The position numbers and the translations under genes were made by a program. A stretch of 64,000 bases of DNA from an uncultured Bacteroidota bacterium (GTDB lineage: Bacteria; Bacteroidota; Bacteroidia; Bacteroidales; GCA-2748055). Positions 46,253 to 58,320 of this stretch are shown here, one piece after another. The stretch is taken from the NCBI GenBank assembly GCA_963713725.1, contig CAVQMZ010000024.1, positions 5,664-69,663 of the forward strand. Reading direction: 5' to 3'. Each line of letters begins with the position of its first letter. The first letter of the stretch is position 1. The notes below the pieces were generated by a model, which saw only the letters and a list, made by a program, of their open reading frames with translations, made no database searches and was not told the DNA's origin.

Positions 46253-46405
46253 TTAATTCGCAAAGAAATCTTTGATATGATCATTGTGTACCATTTCTTC
46301 CTCGAACATATATGCTCCGGATTTGGAGGAACGCACCATTTTGATGCACTTTGTAAAAGTCCTTCCCTCTCCACTCTGCAAACTTGCAACTACTTTCTTA
46401 GCCAT
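46253..46405 (-). CDS. DUF4295 family small protein
   Basis: Manual translation gives MAKKVVASLQSGEGRTFTKCIKMVRSSKSGAYMFEEEMVHNDHIKDFFAN (50 aa). It is not in the ORF track because it is short. It sits in the conserved Bacteroidota position after rpmG. Confidence 0.75.
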   Translation of the reverse strand: MAKKVVASLQSGEGRTFTKCIKMVRSSKSGAYMFEEEMVHNDHIKDFFAN

Positions 46406-46416
46406 TTTTCAGATCC

Positions 46417-46605
46417 TTATTTTATTTCGCGGTGTACAGTTACTTTTTTCAATACGGGATTGTACTTCTTCTGCTCAAGTCTGTCAGGAGTATTCTTCCT
46501 GTTCTTGGTTGTTATGTAACGAGAAGTACCAGGCATTCCGCTCTCCTTGTGCTCTGTGCACTCGAGAATAACCTGCACCCTGTTTCCTTTACCTTTTTTA
46601 GCCAT
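46417..46605 (-). CDS. rpmG: 50S ribosomal protein L33
   Basis: 62-aa [65 protein letters not shown]. Confidence 0.95.
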   Translation of the reverse strand: MAKKGKGNRVQVILECTEHKESGMPGTSRYITTKNRKNTPDRLEQKKYNPVLKKVTVHREIK

Positions 46606-46617
46606 TTCCTACTTTAA

Positions 46618-46860
46618 TTAATAAGATTTAAGAAATCCTTTTTTGACGGCCTTGTCCAGTGTGACTTTCAGTCCGTTCTTGTTGATGGTTCGAATTGCCT
46701 GGGCTGACAAACGAAGACTTACATACCTGTCCTCTTCTTCAAGATAAAACTTTTTATCGAAAAGGTTGGGCTGAAAAGTCCTTTTTGTCCTTCGCTTAGA
46801 GTGAGATACATTGTTTCCCACCATCATTTTCTTACCTGTTATCTGACAAATTTTTGACAT
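46618..46860 (-). CDS. rpmB: 50S ribosomal protein L28
   Basis: The internal start gives [33 protein letters not shown]... The upstream extension in the track ORF is unlikely to be real. Confidence 0.9.
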   Translation of the reverse strand: MSKICQITGKKMMVGNNVSHSKRRTKRTFQPNLFDKKFYLEEEDRYVSLRLSAQAIRTINKNGLKVTLDKAVKKGFLKSY

Positions 46861-46991
46861 TTTTCCTTTAAATTTCAGATCATTTCTTCTAACGAGGCGC
46901 AAATTACGCAATTTTTTATGGAATAATCAAACTTTTGAGCTAAAAAAGCGCTCAAATACACCCCTTTAAAGAAGATCCAGAACCAACCTTC

Positions 46992-48211
46992 TTAAAAGCT
47001 GCATGCCGGAGTAAGATGCCTGGTCAATAATTCTTTCCCTTGTCCCCCAAAGAGAAACTTCTCAGAATATATTTTATCCTTATAAGCTACAGATATCCAG
47101 GTTGTTCCCACAGGCTTTTCCATAGTTCCTCCATCCGGGCCTGCAATGCCTGAAGTGGCAATTCCGGTATCGCTTCCCATCACATGCATCACCCCCCTCA
47201 CCATCTGTTCGACCACCTCCTTGCTCACAGCTCCATGCCTGTTGATAACTCCATTTTCAACCTTGAGAACTGAACTTTTCACTTCATTCTGATAAGCGAT
47301 AACCGAACCTGAAAAATATGCCGAGCTTCCGGCAACCGAGGTGATCAGGTGTGCAATATTTCCTCCGGTACAACTCTCGGCCGTGGCCACACTTAAAGCC
47401 CTTTCCTTCAAAGTAAGGCCCAGGGCCTGCTCCAGTGAGATATCATCATAACCGAAAATATGTTGCGGTATGATTTCCAGTAGTTTATCCGTCAATTCCT
47501 CCAATACCCGTGAAGCATCACTGAGCACATTTTCCGCTAGCACTTAGCCTCAGGCGTACGATTCCCGGACGAGGAAGGTAGGCCAGCTTGATACATTCAG
47601 GAAGGCTGGACTCCCAATCCTTTATCAGGACTGCCAGGAATGATTCACCCACGCCCTGGGTCATAATGGTGCGGTGTACCACTACAGGAACACTTACCCT
47701 TTTCCTGATCCGTGGCAGCACCTCTTCCTTCATCAGGCCTTTCATTTCATAGGGAACTCCCGGCAGAGAAACAGGACACTCCCCTCCTTCTCAAACCACA
47801 TGCCTGGTGCGGATCCATGATTATTAGTCAGTACCTCGGCATACTTCCGGAACCTCAGCCTGCCTGGCATTGGATTCGATCATGCTGCGACCCCTTGCCT
47901 TAAAATAGGCGGTTATTTTCTCCAGGACTTCCGGCATTATCACCATGGGGCTGTCAAAGTAGTCTGCAAGCGTTTCCTTGGTCAGATCGTCCCTGGTAGG
48001 CCCCAGTCCCCCGGTCATGATTAAAAGATCGTAGACGCCTATATAACGATCCAGGGTTTCCCTGATTTGAAGCTGGATCGTCAGAAATGCTAACCATTTC
48101 TTCAACTGCCACTCCGATCTTGTTCAATTCCTTGGCTATCCATACCACATTGGTATCAGTTACCTGACCGATAAGAATCTCATCCCCTATGGTAATTAGT
48201 GCACTACGCAT
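46992..48211 (-). pseudogene. cinA: competence/damage-inducible protein CinA (MoCF-binding + PncC deamidase domains), at least four frameshifts
   Basis: Fragments 47954..48211 ([21 protein letters not shown]), 47824..48105 ([18 protein letters not shown]), 47518..47745 and 46992..47543 (SVATAESCTGGNIAHLITSVAGSSAYF) tile one roughly 415-aa protein. Confidence 0.75.
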
Positions 48212-48276
48212 CCTTGTCCCTCATATTTTTACAGGATTCCAAAATTAGACAAATAAAATGTAAATTTGTGTTTATC

Positions 48277-48348
48277 GCGGGAGTAGCTCAGTGGTAGAGC
48301 ATCAGCTTCCCAAGCTGAGGGTCGGGAGTTCGAACCTCCTTTCCCGCT
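48277..48348 (+). tRNA. tRNA-Gly (anticodon CCC)
   Basis: A 72-nt cloverleaf folded by hand: acceptor GCGGGAG/TTCCCGC, D arm GCTC-AGTGGTA-GAGC, anticodon stem TCAGC/GCTGA with loop TTCCCAA, and a T arm with loop TTCGAAC. CCA is not encoded. Confidence 0.9.
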
Positions 48349-48360
48349 CGTTGATTATCA

Positions 48361-48397
48361 AGGACTTACAACACTGACTGTTGTAAGTCCTTTTTTC
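48361..48397 (+). terminator. rho-independent terminator after tRNA-Gly
   Basis: The 13-bp stem AGGACTTACAACA / TGTTGTAAGTCCT has loop CTGAC and is followed by TTTTTT. Confidence 0.8.
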
Positions 48398-48406
48398 GAT
48401 TATTTT

Positions 48407-51400
48407 TTATCCAAGATCACTTATCTCCTGCTTCCTCAATTTGATTACCCGGGTGTTAATCATTTTACTGATATTCACAGTGATTTTATACATCACCGGC
48501 ACAATAACAAGTGTGAGAAAGGTTGCAAAGGTCAATCCAAATATGATGGTCCAGGATATGGGGCCCCAGAATATCACCATATCTCCGCCAAAATAGATGT
48601 TGGGTTTAAAATCCTGGAGCAGACCATTAAAATCAATATTCAATCCAATGGCCAGTGGAATCAAACCCAGGATGGTGGTAATCGCGGTAAGAAGCACAGG
48701 GCGTAAGCGGGTTCTGACCTCCCTCTATAACGCATTCTTTGGCTGCATAAACCGGAAGATACTCCCCTTCCTTTAGCCTCAGTTCTTTCCTTTTTTGCTT
48801 TTTCAGCAATTCAATATAATCAATCAGTACAATGGCATTGTTGACCACTACCCCGGCAAGTGATACAATTCCAATACCAGTCATGACCACCACAAAATCC
48901 ATTTTGAAAGTAGCTATCCCACCAAACACACCGATGGTACTGAAAAGCACACTGGCCATAATAATTAAAGGCTTTACCAGCGAATTAAACTGGGTCACCA
49001 GGATCACCAGAATCAATGCAACTGCTATGAGCATGGCTCTGGAAAGAAATGCCATGGACTCCATTTGCTCCTGTTGCTCACCGCAAAAGACAAAACCGTA
49101 TCCTTCAGGGAACTTAAATGTCGCTTAGCAATTTGGCCAGTTCCTCGTTTATTCTCGTGGCATTATAACCTTCAATGACATTGGAGGAAAGGGTGATCAC
49201 CCTGTTTAAATCCTTCCTTTTCACCGCTCCGTATGTGCTCCGGTATTCCACATCAGCAATGGCAGACAGGGGAATTTGAATGGTTTCTCCATTGTCCACA
49301 AAACTCACAGCCAGGTTCAGAAGAGAGGAGGAATTATAACGGTATTCCTCTTTCAACCTCATGTTGATGGGATATTCCTCCTCTCCAACCTTGAAGTCAG
49401 AAATCTCCCTGCCAAATAAGTGCCGTTCGAAGGGTATTTGCCACCTGAAGGGTAGAAAGTCCGTAACGTCTTAATTTATCACGGTTCAGCCTGACCAGCA
49501 ACTCGGGCTTACCTACTTCCAGGTCCATGCTCAGACCTGCAATCCCCTGGATATTTGACTCTTCAATCAGCCGAATCACAGAATCTGAAAGTGCAAGCAA
49601 TCCCTCAAAGTCCTCTCCAATAATCTCCACACTGATGGGATCTCCTGCCGGGGGTCCGGTTTCATCTTTTTCCACAGAAAGCTTACCCCGGGATATTTGC
49701 AAGGAGCTGATCACTCATATCACGCAAAATTTCTGAGGTCATCACCCCTTTTCGAAGCTCAAACTCAACAAAAGAAACCGTAGTAAGTGCCTTGTTAGGT
49801 ACACTGCCCGATTCAAACTGGTCGTTACCGACTACCTACAGTTGTGAGCACTGACTTCACAATCTCCAGCTCCCTGTAGGGTTGAATGATCTCTTCAATA
49901 TCTTTCTCCAGCTCAAATACAAAGGTATTGGTGGCCGTGACGTCGGTTCCAATGGGCATCTCTGTGATCACATTGATGTAGGAGGGTTCATTTTCAGGAA
50001 AGAAAGTAATATTCACATCCCTGGCCATAAAGAATCCAATGGTAAAAATGAGCAGGAAAATGGTACCGATAAAGAAGAATATGGGATTATATTTTCTTAA
50101 GAGAAAATGTAAGAATCCGCAGATATATTCTTTCCAACCAAACAAGGAAAACCTCCTGAAACCAGAGTTCAGCATTGCTGAAAAATAAGCGCATTCAACA
50201 AACCAATCAATCCCAAATATCATGGCCAGGGATCCACCCACATTCCATTTAAGCAGGTAAAACAAACCGCCCAATCCCATGAGTATACCCGCAATGATAT
50301 AACCCCGTTTTTTATTGGGCATGTTATTTTTCCGATCGGGTCCAACCCTGATAAAAGTGGCCGAAAACACAGGAATGATGATCAGTGCTACAAAAAGCGA
50401 TGAAGTCAATACAATAATGAGTGTGATGGGAAGGTTTTTCATGAACTCGCCCGTGATCCCTCCCCAGAAAGCCAGGGGAGAGAAATGCTGCAAGGGTGGT
50501 TAAAGTTGAGGTGATTATGGGAAAAGCCACCTCTCCCACTGCCATACGGGCCGCTTCAAAAGGGGGATGGCCTTTATCCACATAGCGATAAATGTTTTCA
50601 ACCACAACAATGGCATTATCCACAAGAAGTCCCAGTGCAAGAATCAGGGAAAACAGGACAATCAGGTTGATTTTAATGCCCAGCATACTCAGGATGATGA
50701 AGGAAAGAAACATGGAAACAGGAATGGCAAGTCCCACAAACAAAGCGTTTCGGGTTCCCAGGAAATAGAACAAGCACCAGGATGACAAAGATCACCCCCA
50801 TGATCATGCTGTTCTCCAGGTTGCTTAATTGCATCCTGATCATTTCCGACTGGTCGTTGGTAAGTGTGACACTCACCTCGGAAGGAATCGCTCCGGAGGC
50901 TTGTGCTTCATCCAGGATTTCAAAGATCCGGTCAGTTGCAGCCAAAAGGTTCTGTCCACTTTTCTTGATCACCTGCACACTCACAACCGACTGATTATCA
51001 AGCCGGGTAAATGTTTTAGCCTCCTCATACCCATCTTCCACATCTGCCAGATCCTTCAGATAGACAACCGTCTGCCCCACCTGTTTAACAATGATGTTCT
51101 TAAGTTCATCAATGCTTTCGAACTCTCCAATGGTTCTCACCGACCTTCGGGTATCGCCAAGTTTAATTTCTCCTCCCGAAATGGAAACATTTTCCTGGGC
51201 AATGGCAAACTCAATATCATCAAAAGTAAGTTCGTAGGCTTCCAGCTTAAGCAGATCCACATTAACCCTGATTTCGCGCTCATCCACACCCCTGATTTCA
51301 ACCTTTGAAATCTCCGGCATGGATTCAATCTTATCTTCAAGGTATTCGGCATGATTCTTTAACTCTTCAATGCTGAAGTCGCCGGACAAATTGATATTGA

Positions 51401-51843
51401 TAATGGGGAACTCGGAAAAATCAATGTCTTCAACAAAAGGATCCTGCAAAAGGTCATTTGGCAATTCACTTTTTGCTTTATCAACAGCATCTTTCACATC
51501 CTGCAGAGCCCCTTTAATATCCTCATCTGTATTGAATTCCACAAAAATCAGTGAAGCATCCTGGCTGGATGTTGATGTAATCTCCTTTACCCCTTTTACA
51601 GCTTTCAAGCTCTTTTTCAATGGGCCTGGTAATCAGGTTCTCTATATCCAGGGGAGGATTCCCGGGATATACAGTCTGAACAAGTACAGTGGGGAGTACA
51701 ATTTCAGGAAAGAGCTCCTTGGGCAGATTTTTATAGGAAAATATTCCAAATAAAATAATCACACCCGTTAACAGAAATATGGTATTCCTGTTCTTCAGTG
51801 CCAGTGTCGCGAGTTTAAACTCCCTTTTGGTTTTCGTCTCCAT
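48407..51843 (-). pseudogene. RND efflux pump inner-membrane transporter (AcrB/HAE1-like), at least seven frameshifts
   Basis: Eight overlapping ORF fragments (48407..48697 through 51523..51885) tile one roughly 1140-aa RND protein. The N-terminus is METKTKREFKLATLALKNRNTIFLL, from ATG 51843. Confidence 0.8.
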
Positions 51844-51853
51844 TGTTTCATTG

Positions 51854-52984
51854 TTAGAGGGTGACAATTCGTACAGGGGTGCCATCTCCCACCAGGTTGT
51901 AGCCTTTGGTAATCACCAGGTCTTCCGGGGCAAGTCCCTCATCTATCTTGGTCAGATCCTGTACAGTGATACCCCTTTCAACATATACTTTCCGGGCTTT
52001 TGAGCTTCCTTCCTCATTGGAAACGCAGAAAAGGAAGGTCCCTTTGAAATCTTGCTTTCAGTAATATGGAAGGAACCACAAGGGCATTTTTATCTTCATA
52101 ATCCTGATACGAACCGATGTAAGCATGTTCGGTTTAAGTTTCTCCCCAGGGTTATCCAGTTCAACTTCAAGGGTGAATGTTCGGGTTTGCTGATCGATCA
52201 CTTCACCCAATCTGCTAATGGCGCCATGATCTTCAAATCCGGATAGGCATCCACTCTGATCTGTACCAGATCACCGTCATTGAACACTACTAATATAGGC
52301 TTCTGAGACCCTGGCTGAGACCCTCATGACAGAAAGATTCACCAGGCGCAGTAAGGGCATTCCCGGTGAAGCCAGCTCACCCTCCTTTACCATAATGTCT
52401 TCGATGATTCCGCTGAAGGGGGCGGTAATACTGGCCATCTCTAATTGCTTCTCAAGTGTGGCCAGTCTGGCTTCAAGAGATTCCATTGCATTTTTGGCTT
52501 CAAGAAATTGTAGTTCACTGCCAATGTTTTGCTCCCACAAATCCTTTTGCTTTTCATATAAGAGTGCGGCAAGTTGCAGATTGGTTTTCACCTCCTCGAT
52601 ATTCTTTTCAGTCACTTCGGTACTGAGCTTAATAAGAAGTTGTCCCCTTTTTACCCTGGCTCCTCGCTGGATATAAACCTCCTGAATCTGTCCATTGATT
52701 TCCGGACTCAGGTTGGCATCCCTGATGGCTTCCATGACGCCGGTGACTTCAAAATACCTGGATAAAACTTCCGGAGCCATCTTTTTTATCTCAACGGGCA
52801 CGGCTGTAATTTCTGAAGCAGTGGTACTTTCACCTTCCAGTTCTGCCTCCAGCGCTGCAATCTTATCATTATATTCTTCTACCTTTTTTCGATAGTCTTC
52901 CAGTTCCGCTTTTTTGCTATCCACACCACCAGGTGAACAGGATATGATAAAGGACAGGGATATTATTATTGCTAATTGTTTCAT
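51854..52984 (-). pseudogene. RND efflux periplasmic adaptor (HlyD/AcrA family lipoprotein), C-terminal half frameshifted
   Basis: The N-terminal 235 aa are intact (MKQLAIIISLSFIISCSPGG, coiled coil, lipoyl-like). Manual translation gives the C-terminus ...VITKGYNLVGDGTPVRIVTL, with the stop at 51854-51856, in another frame. Confidence 0.7.
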
Positions 52985-52994
52985 TGCTAATTCT

Positions 52995-54337
52995 TTAAAT
53001 ATTATTCATCAGTAAGTCAATCTTAATCTTGGCATTCAGGAGCTCCACCATTGAAGCTGTATAATTACCCAATACCTGGAGGTACTGGTTATTCACCTGG
53101 GTCAATTCCAGGCTGGATACCATTCCCTCATCATATTTTACTTTGGTCACCCGAACCACTTTACGTGATATTTCAAGGTTTCTTTTTACACTCCGGAATT
53201 GTTCCAGTGCATTGGCGAAATCATATTTTGATTGCATAAACTCAACCCTCAGGCCCTCTGCAGCAAAGTCCTTATTATTCTGGGCCTGCATATGAGCAAT
53301 TTTCTTCTGGGAAAGGCCTGCCTTTCGAAAACCACTGCTGAAAATCGGCACATTGAATGAAAGCCCGACCATGGAGGCATCATACCAGTCACTATTTGGA
53401 TCAAAAAAATCAAATTCATCACGCTGAGCTGTGTAATCAAGGGAATAAAAAGCCGAAATGGATGGGAGATATTCGCTTCGTTTCAGTTTAACATCCATGT
53501 AGGCCAAACGTTCCTGTTCGGAGAGAATCTGGTAATCAATGTTTTCTTCAATGGTAAAAGCAGCGCCAAGTGAGGCATCAATATCAATGCTGGCTACCAG
53601 GGCCTCAAGACTATCGGTCAGTACAATGTCTTTTTCACGTTCCACACCCATCTGATACTTCAGCAAGTTTTTTGAGGCCATGATCTGCCGCTCCAGAGAG
53701 AGTACTTCATTGTCAATATCAATGAGCGAAACCTCAAGTTGGTCAGCATCTATCTCTTCTGCAAATCCGGCCTCATATAATTTCCGGGTCTCCTCGTAAG
53801 GTGGTACGAACCGCGTCCCTGTTGCCAGTAAGGGCTTCCAGGGTATTCTCTCCCAACAGGACCAGGTAATAGTTCTCAATTACAGTTTGTCGAACCTGTT
53901 GTTCGGTTCTCTCTTTATTCCGCTGGGTAAACTCCTTGAAAATTTTCGCCGACTGCAGCCCAATGATGTATTCGCCACTAAATACCAGCTGGTTTACACC
54001 CAGTCCGGCAGTTGCATAGTGCTTGGTTCCAAACTGAACTTCAATTTTGTCCTCCGGATTTCCTAAAAAATCGGGAATCAATGTGGTTGCAAGGTTAATG
54101 TTGTAGTTATAATTTACACTGGCATTCACCTGGGGCAATCCGTTGGCTGCTGTTTCCCATACCCGCTGATCAGCAGCATCCACATCAAGTCGGGCATTCT
54201 CTGCATTCAGGTTATTCTCCATGGCGTACTGTATGGATTCTTCCAGGGAAAAGCACAGGCTATCAGGCTCATTACCCTGTGCGTACAAGGCCTCTGGCTG
54301 AGATCAGAAAAATAGAAATGACGATATATTTTTTCAT
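52995..54337 (-). pseudogene. TolC-family outer membrane efflux protein, two frameshifts
   Basis: The N-terminus MKKYIVISIFLIS starts at ATG 54337. The remainder is in ORFs 53773..54288 and 52995..53879, with breaks near 54300 and 53790-53870. Confidence 0.75.
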
Positions 54338-54351
54338 ATACATTATACTTT

Positions 54352-54963
54352 TTACTGTTTAAAACTGTCCCTTTCATGGCTGATTAACTTCAATCCTTGC
54401 TCATTACAGATTCCATGAAGATGGTAGATAAATACCTCCTGGATGAAATCCTTTGAAAGGCGCTCATGTTCTTCAATGATGTCATTCCCTTCAAGCATCT
54501 CAATCCTGGCGATGTGCAACCTTCCAATGATATGCTCATCGATCTCTGCACGATAGAGCCCCTCCTGCTTTCCCTTCCTGAGATTCTCAGTAATCACATT
54601 GTACATATTGGAGCGTTTGTCTTCAATCCACCTCTGGTAGATCTCAGGATTATAGCGCTTCAAATCAAAATAGAAGGTGGGGCTGTACAGGGTGCGAACA
54701 GAATGCATCCTCCGGTTTACCATAAATAGTTCCTGAACTGCATTTGAATCTGATTGCTGGACCTCCTCAAGGAAAACCCTGCTCTGCTCCATATCAAAAT
54801 CAATGACACGATTAATCAGGTCATCTTTGTCCGCAAATTCCTGATAGAGCGTCTTTTTCGACATACCCAGTTCACGGGCAATATCATCCATGGTAACGCT
54901 GCGGGTTCCATAGCGCTTGAAAAGGGCGAGTACTTTTTCTAATATATTGTTTAGATCCTTCAT
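54352..54963 (-). CDS. TetR/AcrR-family transcriptional regulator heading the efflux operon
   Basis: The internal start gives MKDLNNILEKVLALFKRYGTRSVTMDDIARELGMSKKTLYQEF, a TetR_N HTH. The gene is intact. Confidence 0.85.
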   Translation of the reverse strand: MKDLNNILEKVLALFKRYGTRSVTMDDIARELGMSKKTLYQEFADKDDLINRVIDFDMEQSRVFLEEVQQSDSNAVQELFMVNRRMHSVRTLYSPTFYFDLKRYNPEIYQRWIEDKRSNMYNVITENLRKGKQEGLYRAEIDEHIIGRLHIARIEMLEGNDIIEEHERLSKDFIQEVFIYHLHGICNEQGLKLISHERDSFKQ

Positions 54964-55103
54964 GTTTAAAAACGATGGAAACGATAACAATTTTGATAGT
55001 TTCTAAAGTTTCCTTGAAGGGGAAAACAATGAATATTACCGATATGTTGCGGCTGGAATGTTAAGTTATTGTTAAACTTTTTATATAAAAAGTTAAACAA
55101 AAA

Positions 55104-56381
55104 CTAAAACGATAAGATATTCTTAAAGAAGCTAGACTGAGTTAACTTTGATCGCAGAGCCCTGATTCTCTGCAAGAGCGGAGGATGAGAATAGTGAAAG
55201 AATACATAGGCCGGATGAGGTGTCAGATTGCTGAGGTTGGTTTTGGACAGAACCTTCAAGCCATTGATAAGATCCTCAGCATTATATTTTTCCCTGGCAA
55301 ACCGGTCGGCCTGGTATTCATTTCGCCTTGAAATCAGGTTGGTACCCAGCCCAAGCAGCATGGATATGGGTGAATAAAGAATGCCAAAGGCAATCAGTCC
55401 CAGGTGAAAGGAGGCTTCTGTACCGCCAAGAGCCACTGCAAAGCTATCCATTCCCACAAAGAGAGAGAAAAGATAAAGGGTAAGAGCAGTCTGAAGCAAG
55501 GAGATAACCAGTCCAGTGGTGGTATGTTTTTTCTTATTGTGTCCCACTTCATGGGCCAGAACTGCCACAATTTCCTCCTCACTAAGGTCATTGACCAGGG
55601 TATCGAACAAAACGATCCGTCTTTTTCGGACCCAGTCCTGTAAAATAGGCATTGGCCTTGCTGGAACGTTTGGATCCATCCATCATATATATGTTATCCA
55701 GTTTGAAATCGGCCTTCATTGCAAATTCCTCAATCTTTGTTCCTGAGGGAGCCCTCTTCCAGGGGTTTCTGCTTATTGAACAGGGGGACAATCAGGTTTG
55801 AATAGAACATATTCATAAACACTGAAAAAAGGGTAACCACCCCCAGCACAATCAGCCAGAACCATGTTCCGGTCAGCATATAGATCCAGGTGATCAGTGC
55901 CAGTAATCCGCCCCCGATAATCGCTCCCAGCATCCAGCCCTTGAGTTTATCCAGGATAAAGTTTTTATTGTTGTCCTGTTAAAACCATACCTTTCTTCAA
56001 TGACAAAGGTGCTATACAGCGCAAAGGGGGTGGTAAGAATATCACTGGCCAGGGCAAGAATGCCAAAGAATACCAGGACGAAAAGAATGTAAGAGGAAAT
56101 AGAAGCGGAGAAGTAACGGTCAAGCCAGCCAAATCCACCCAGGAAAAAAATCAAGGCCATAACCAGGAGACTCAATCGTACTGCTAATAAACGAGAAACG
56201 GGTATTGTCTCTTTTATAATTCTGGCTCTTCCGGTACTCCTCCTCATCGAAGATACCCCTGCAGCTCCGGAGGTAATTCGGGCACTGTATGCTTCAGGTT
56301 CAGCCGGTCCAGCCATTGCTCCAGCAGGTAGCCAAACAATAGTACCCCGATGATCACCCAAAATATTGAATTATATTCCAT
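55104..56381 (-). pseudogene. M48 family (Ste24/HtpX-like) zinc metallopeptidase, at least three frameshifts
   Basis: Four fragments tile the gene. The HEVGHNKKKH (HExxH) motif is in ORF 55104..55679. Manual translation from ATG 56381 gives the N-terminus MEYNSIFWVIIGVLLFGYLLEQWLDRLN. Confidence 0.75.
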
Positions 56382-56430
56382 ACAGACTTTAATCTATTAA
56401 ACTTTATACTTTGTACTTTACGGACTTATG

Positions 56431-57411
56431 CTATCTGACTTGTTTTATTAATTCTTTCTGATTCAGGATCCGTGTATCAATCTCATCTTTATAGGAGTTG
56501 ATCAGTTCGAGGGAATCCCGCTTCAATGCCTCATGTGCCAGAGAGCTGGCCTTTTGAAGGTCATCATCCAGCTCATGGAAGATGGCCATATTATAAAAAG
56601 CCTTGGCCGCCGAGGTATTGTCCTCCCCTATACTGAGTCCCTCCCAGATTTCGTAGGCCGCATCCCAATTCCCCTGGTTCGTTAGTTTCGAAGCTTTCCT
56701 GAGTTCTTCCTCCTTACCCTTATAAAGCTTTCTGGTCGTATTTGTCCAAAGCGGAACCAGGTATCTTCCATATTTCCGGCCACTTTTATAAAAGGCCTCC
56801 GTAAGTCATCTGAGAAGTACTGAAAAGTCTTACTAATCTCACCATCCATGACTTCCGTAAAATAGAGTGTATCCACCATGGTATAGCTATCAAAGGGCCT
56901 TGGGGTCCCGGGAAGGTATATGATCCATTTCAGGATCGAGGATATCTCGTAATATTTACTTGCAGTGATGTAAGAGTCTGAGAAAGACTGAACATGCTCT
57001 TCATAGTCCAGAAAATAGGACTCAAGGCTTATAATGGCATCTACCCCATTATCCAAACACAGATCATCAACCTCACGGCGTGTAAGTATAAGGGCATCCA
57101 GCTATTGTTGTATCCTCCCTCCTGGCATCCAGAAATATGGGACGATGGAAGCGATCTATGGGTGATTCCTGAAAAACATTCAGCAAGCCCCTTTGAATAC
57201 TCCTCACAATCATGGTGTCAAGGATCATCAAGTGCTTTTGCTCCAGGCCCTCCACATCCTCTTTTTCAAAGGCATCCAGGCTTATGGGTGCCCTGTTCAG
57301 CACAAGCACTTGCTGAACATCCTTGGGAATGCTAACGCTGGCCGGCTCCAGGACCTCAAACTCAACCACATTATATATACCAGCACAACTGTGCAGCAGC
57401 AGTATCAGCAC
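56431..57411 (-). pseudogene. lipoprotein of unknown function with C-terminal TPR-like segment, two frameshifts; start uncertain
   Basis: The lipobox LLLHSCAG is in ORF 57073..57411 and the middle is in ORF 56682..57056. Manual translation of the C-terminus gives ...NQGNWDAAYEIWEGLS...AFYNMAIFHEL...ILNQKELIKQVR, with the stop at 56431-56433. Confidence 0.55.
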
Positions 57412-57513
57412 TAAAAGAATAAAATTAGCTCTCGATTTGATAATCTTACTTTTATTAACCCACTAACTTACTAACCCACTTACAAGTAAGCACACTAACA
57501 GTTGCGAAGCAAC

Positions 57514-58260
57514 TTAAACACTCATTCCACCACAAACCTGCAGGGTTTGACCTGTCATATAGGAGGATAGCTCAGAGGCAAGGAAAGTGGAGACATTGGC
57601 CACATCTTCAGGAAGCCCTCCCCTTTTCAGCGGGATGGTTTTAATCCATTCGTCCTTAACGTTTTCAGGTAATTTTCCGGTCATATCAGTTATGATGAAT
57701 CCGGGAGCAATGGCATTGCATCGAACATTTCTCGCGCCCAGCTCCTTTGCTATGGACTTTGTAAATCCAAGTATACCAGCCTTGGAAGCAGAGTAGTTGG
57801 ACTGTCCGGCATTTCCGTTCACCCCAACAACTGAGCTCATGTTGATAATGGATCCGCTTCGGGCCTTCAGCATATATTTCTGAACTGCTTTGGTGAAGTT
57901 GAATACTGATTTCAGGTTTACCTTGACCACCAGATCCCACATTTCCTCGTCCATCCTCATGAGCAAGGTGTCACGGGTAATTCCTGCATTATTAACCAGG
58001 ATGTCAATTTTTCCAAAATCCTCAGCCACCTGGTCAGCCACCTGGTGAGCCTGCTCGTAATTACTGGCATCGCTAACATAACCCTTTCCTTTCACTCCCA
58101 GGGCCTTAAGCTCTTTCTCAAGCGATTCCATATTCTCATCCATGGAGAGATCAGTGAAAGCCACATCGGCTCCCTCTTCAGCAAATTTCAGGGCGATCAT
58201 TCGACCAATTCCCCGGGCAGCGCCTGTAACAATAGCAACCTTTCCTTTCAGTAAATCCAT
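57514..58260 (-). CDS. fabG: 3-oxoacyl-[acyl-carrier-protein] reductase
   Basis: 248-aa SDR with TGAARGIGR, NNAGIT, YSASKAG and a C-terminus typical of FabG (GQTLQVCGGM). Confidence 0.9.
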   Translation of the reverse strand: MDLLKGKVAIVTGAARGIGRMIALKFAEEGADVAFTDLSMDENMESLEKELKALGVKGKGYVSDASNYEQAHQVADQVAEDFGKIDILVNNAGITRDTLLMRMDEEMWDLVVKVNLKSVFNFTKAVQKYMLKARSGSIINMSSVVGVNGNAGQSNYSASKAGILGFTKSIAKELGARNVRCNAIAPGFIITDMTGKLPENVKDEWIKTIPLKRGGLPEDVANVSTFLASELSSYMTGQTLQVCGGMSV

Positions 58261-58320
58261 ATAGTTTTATTTAGAATATTTTTAGACAATGCAAATTTAA
58301 AATAAAAAAATAAGCACAAA

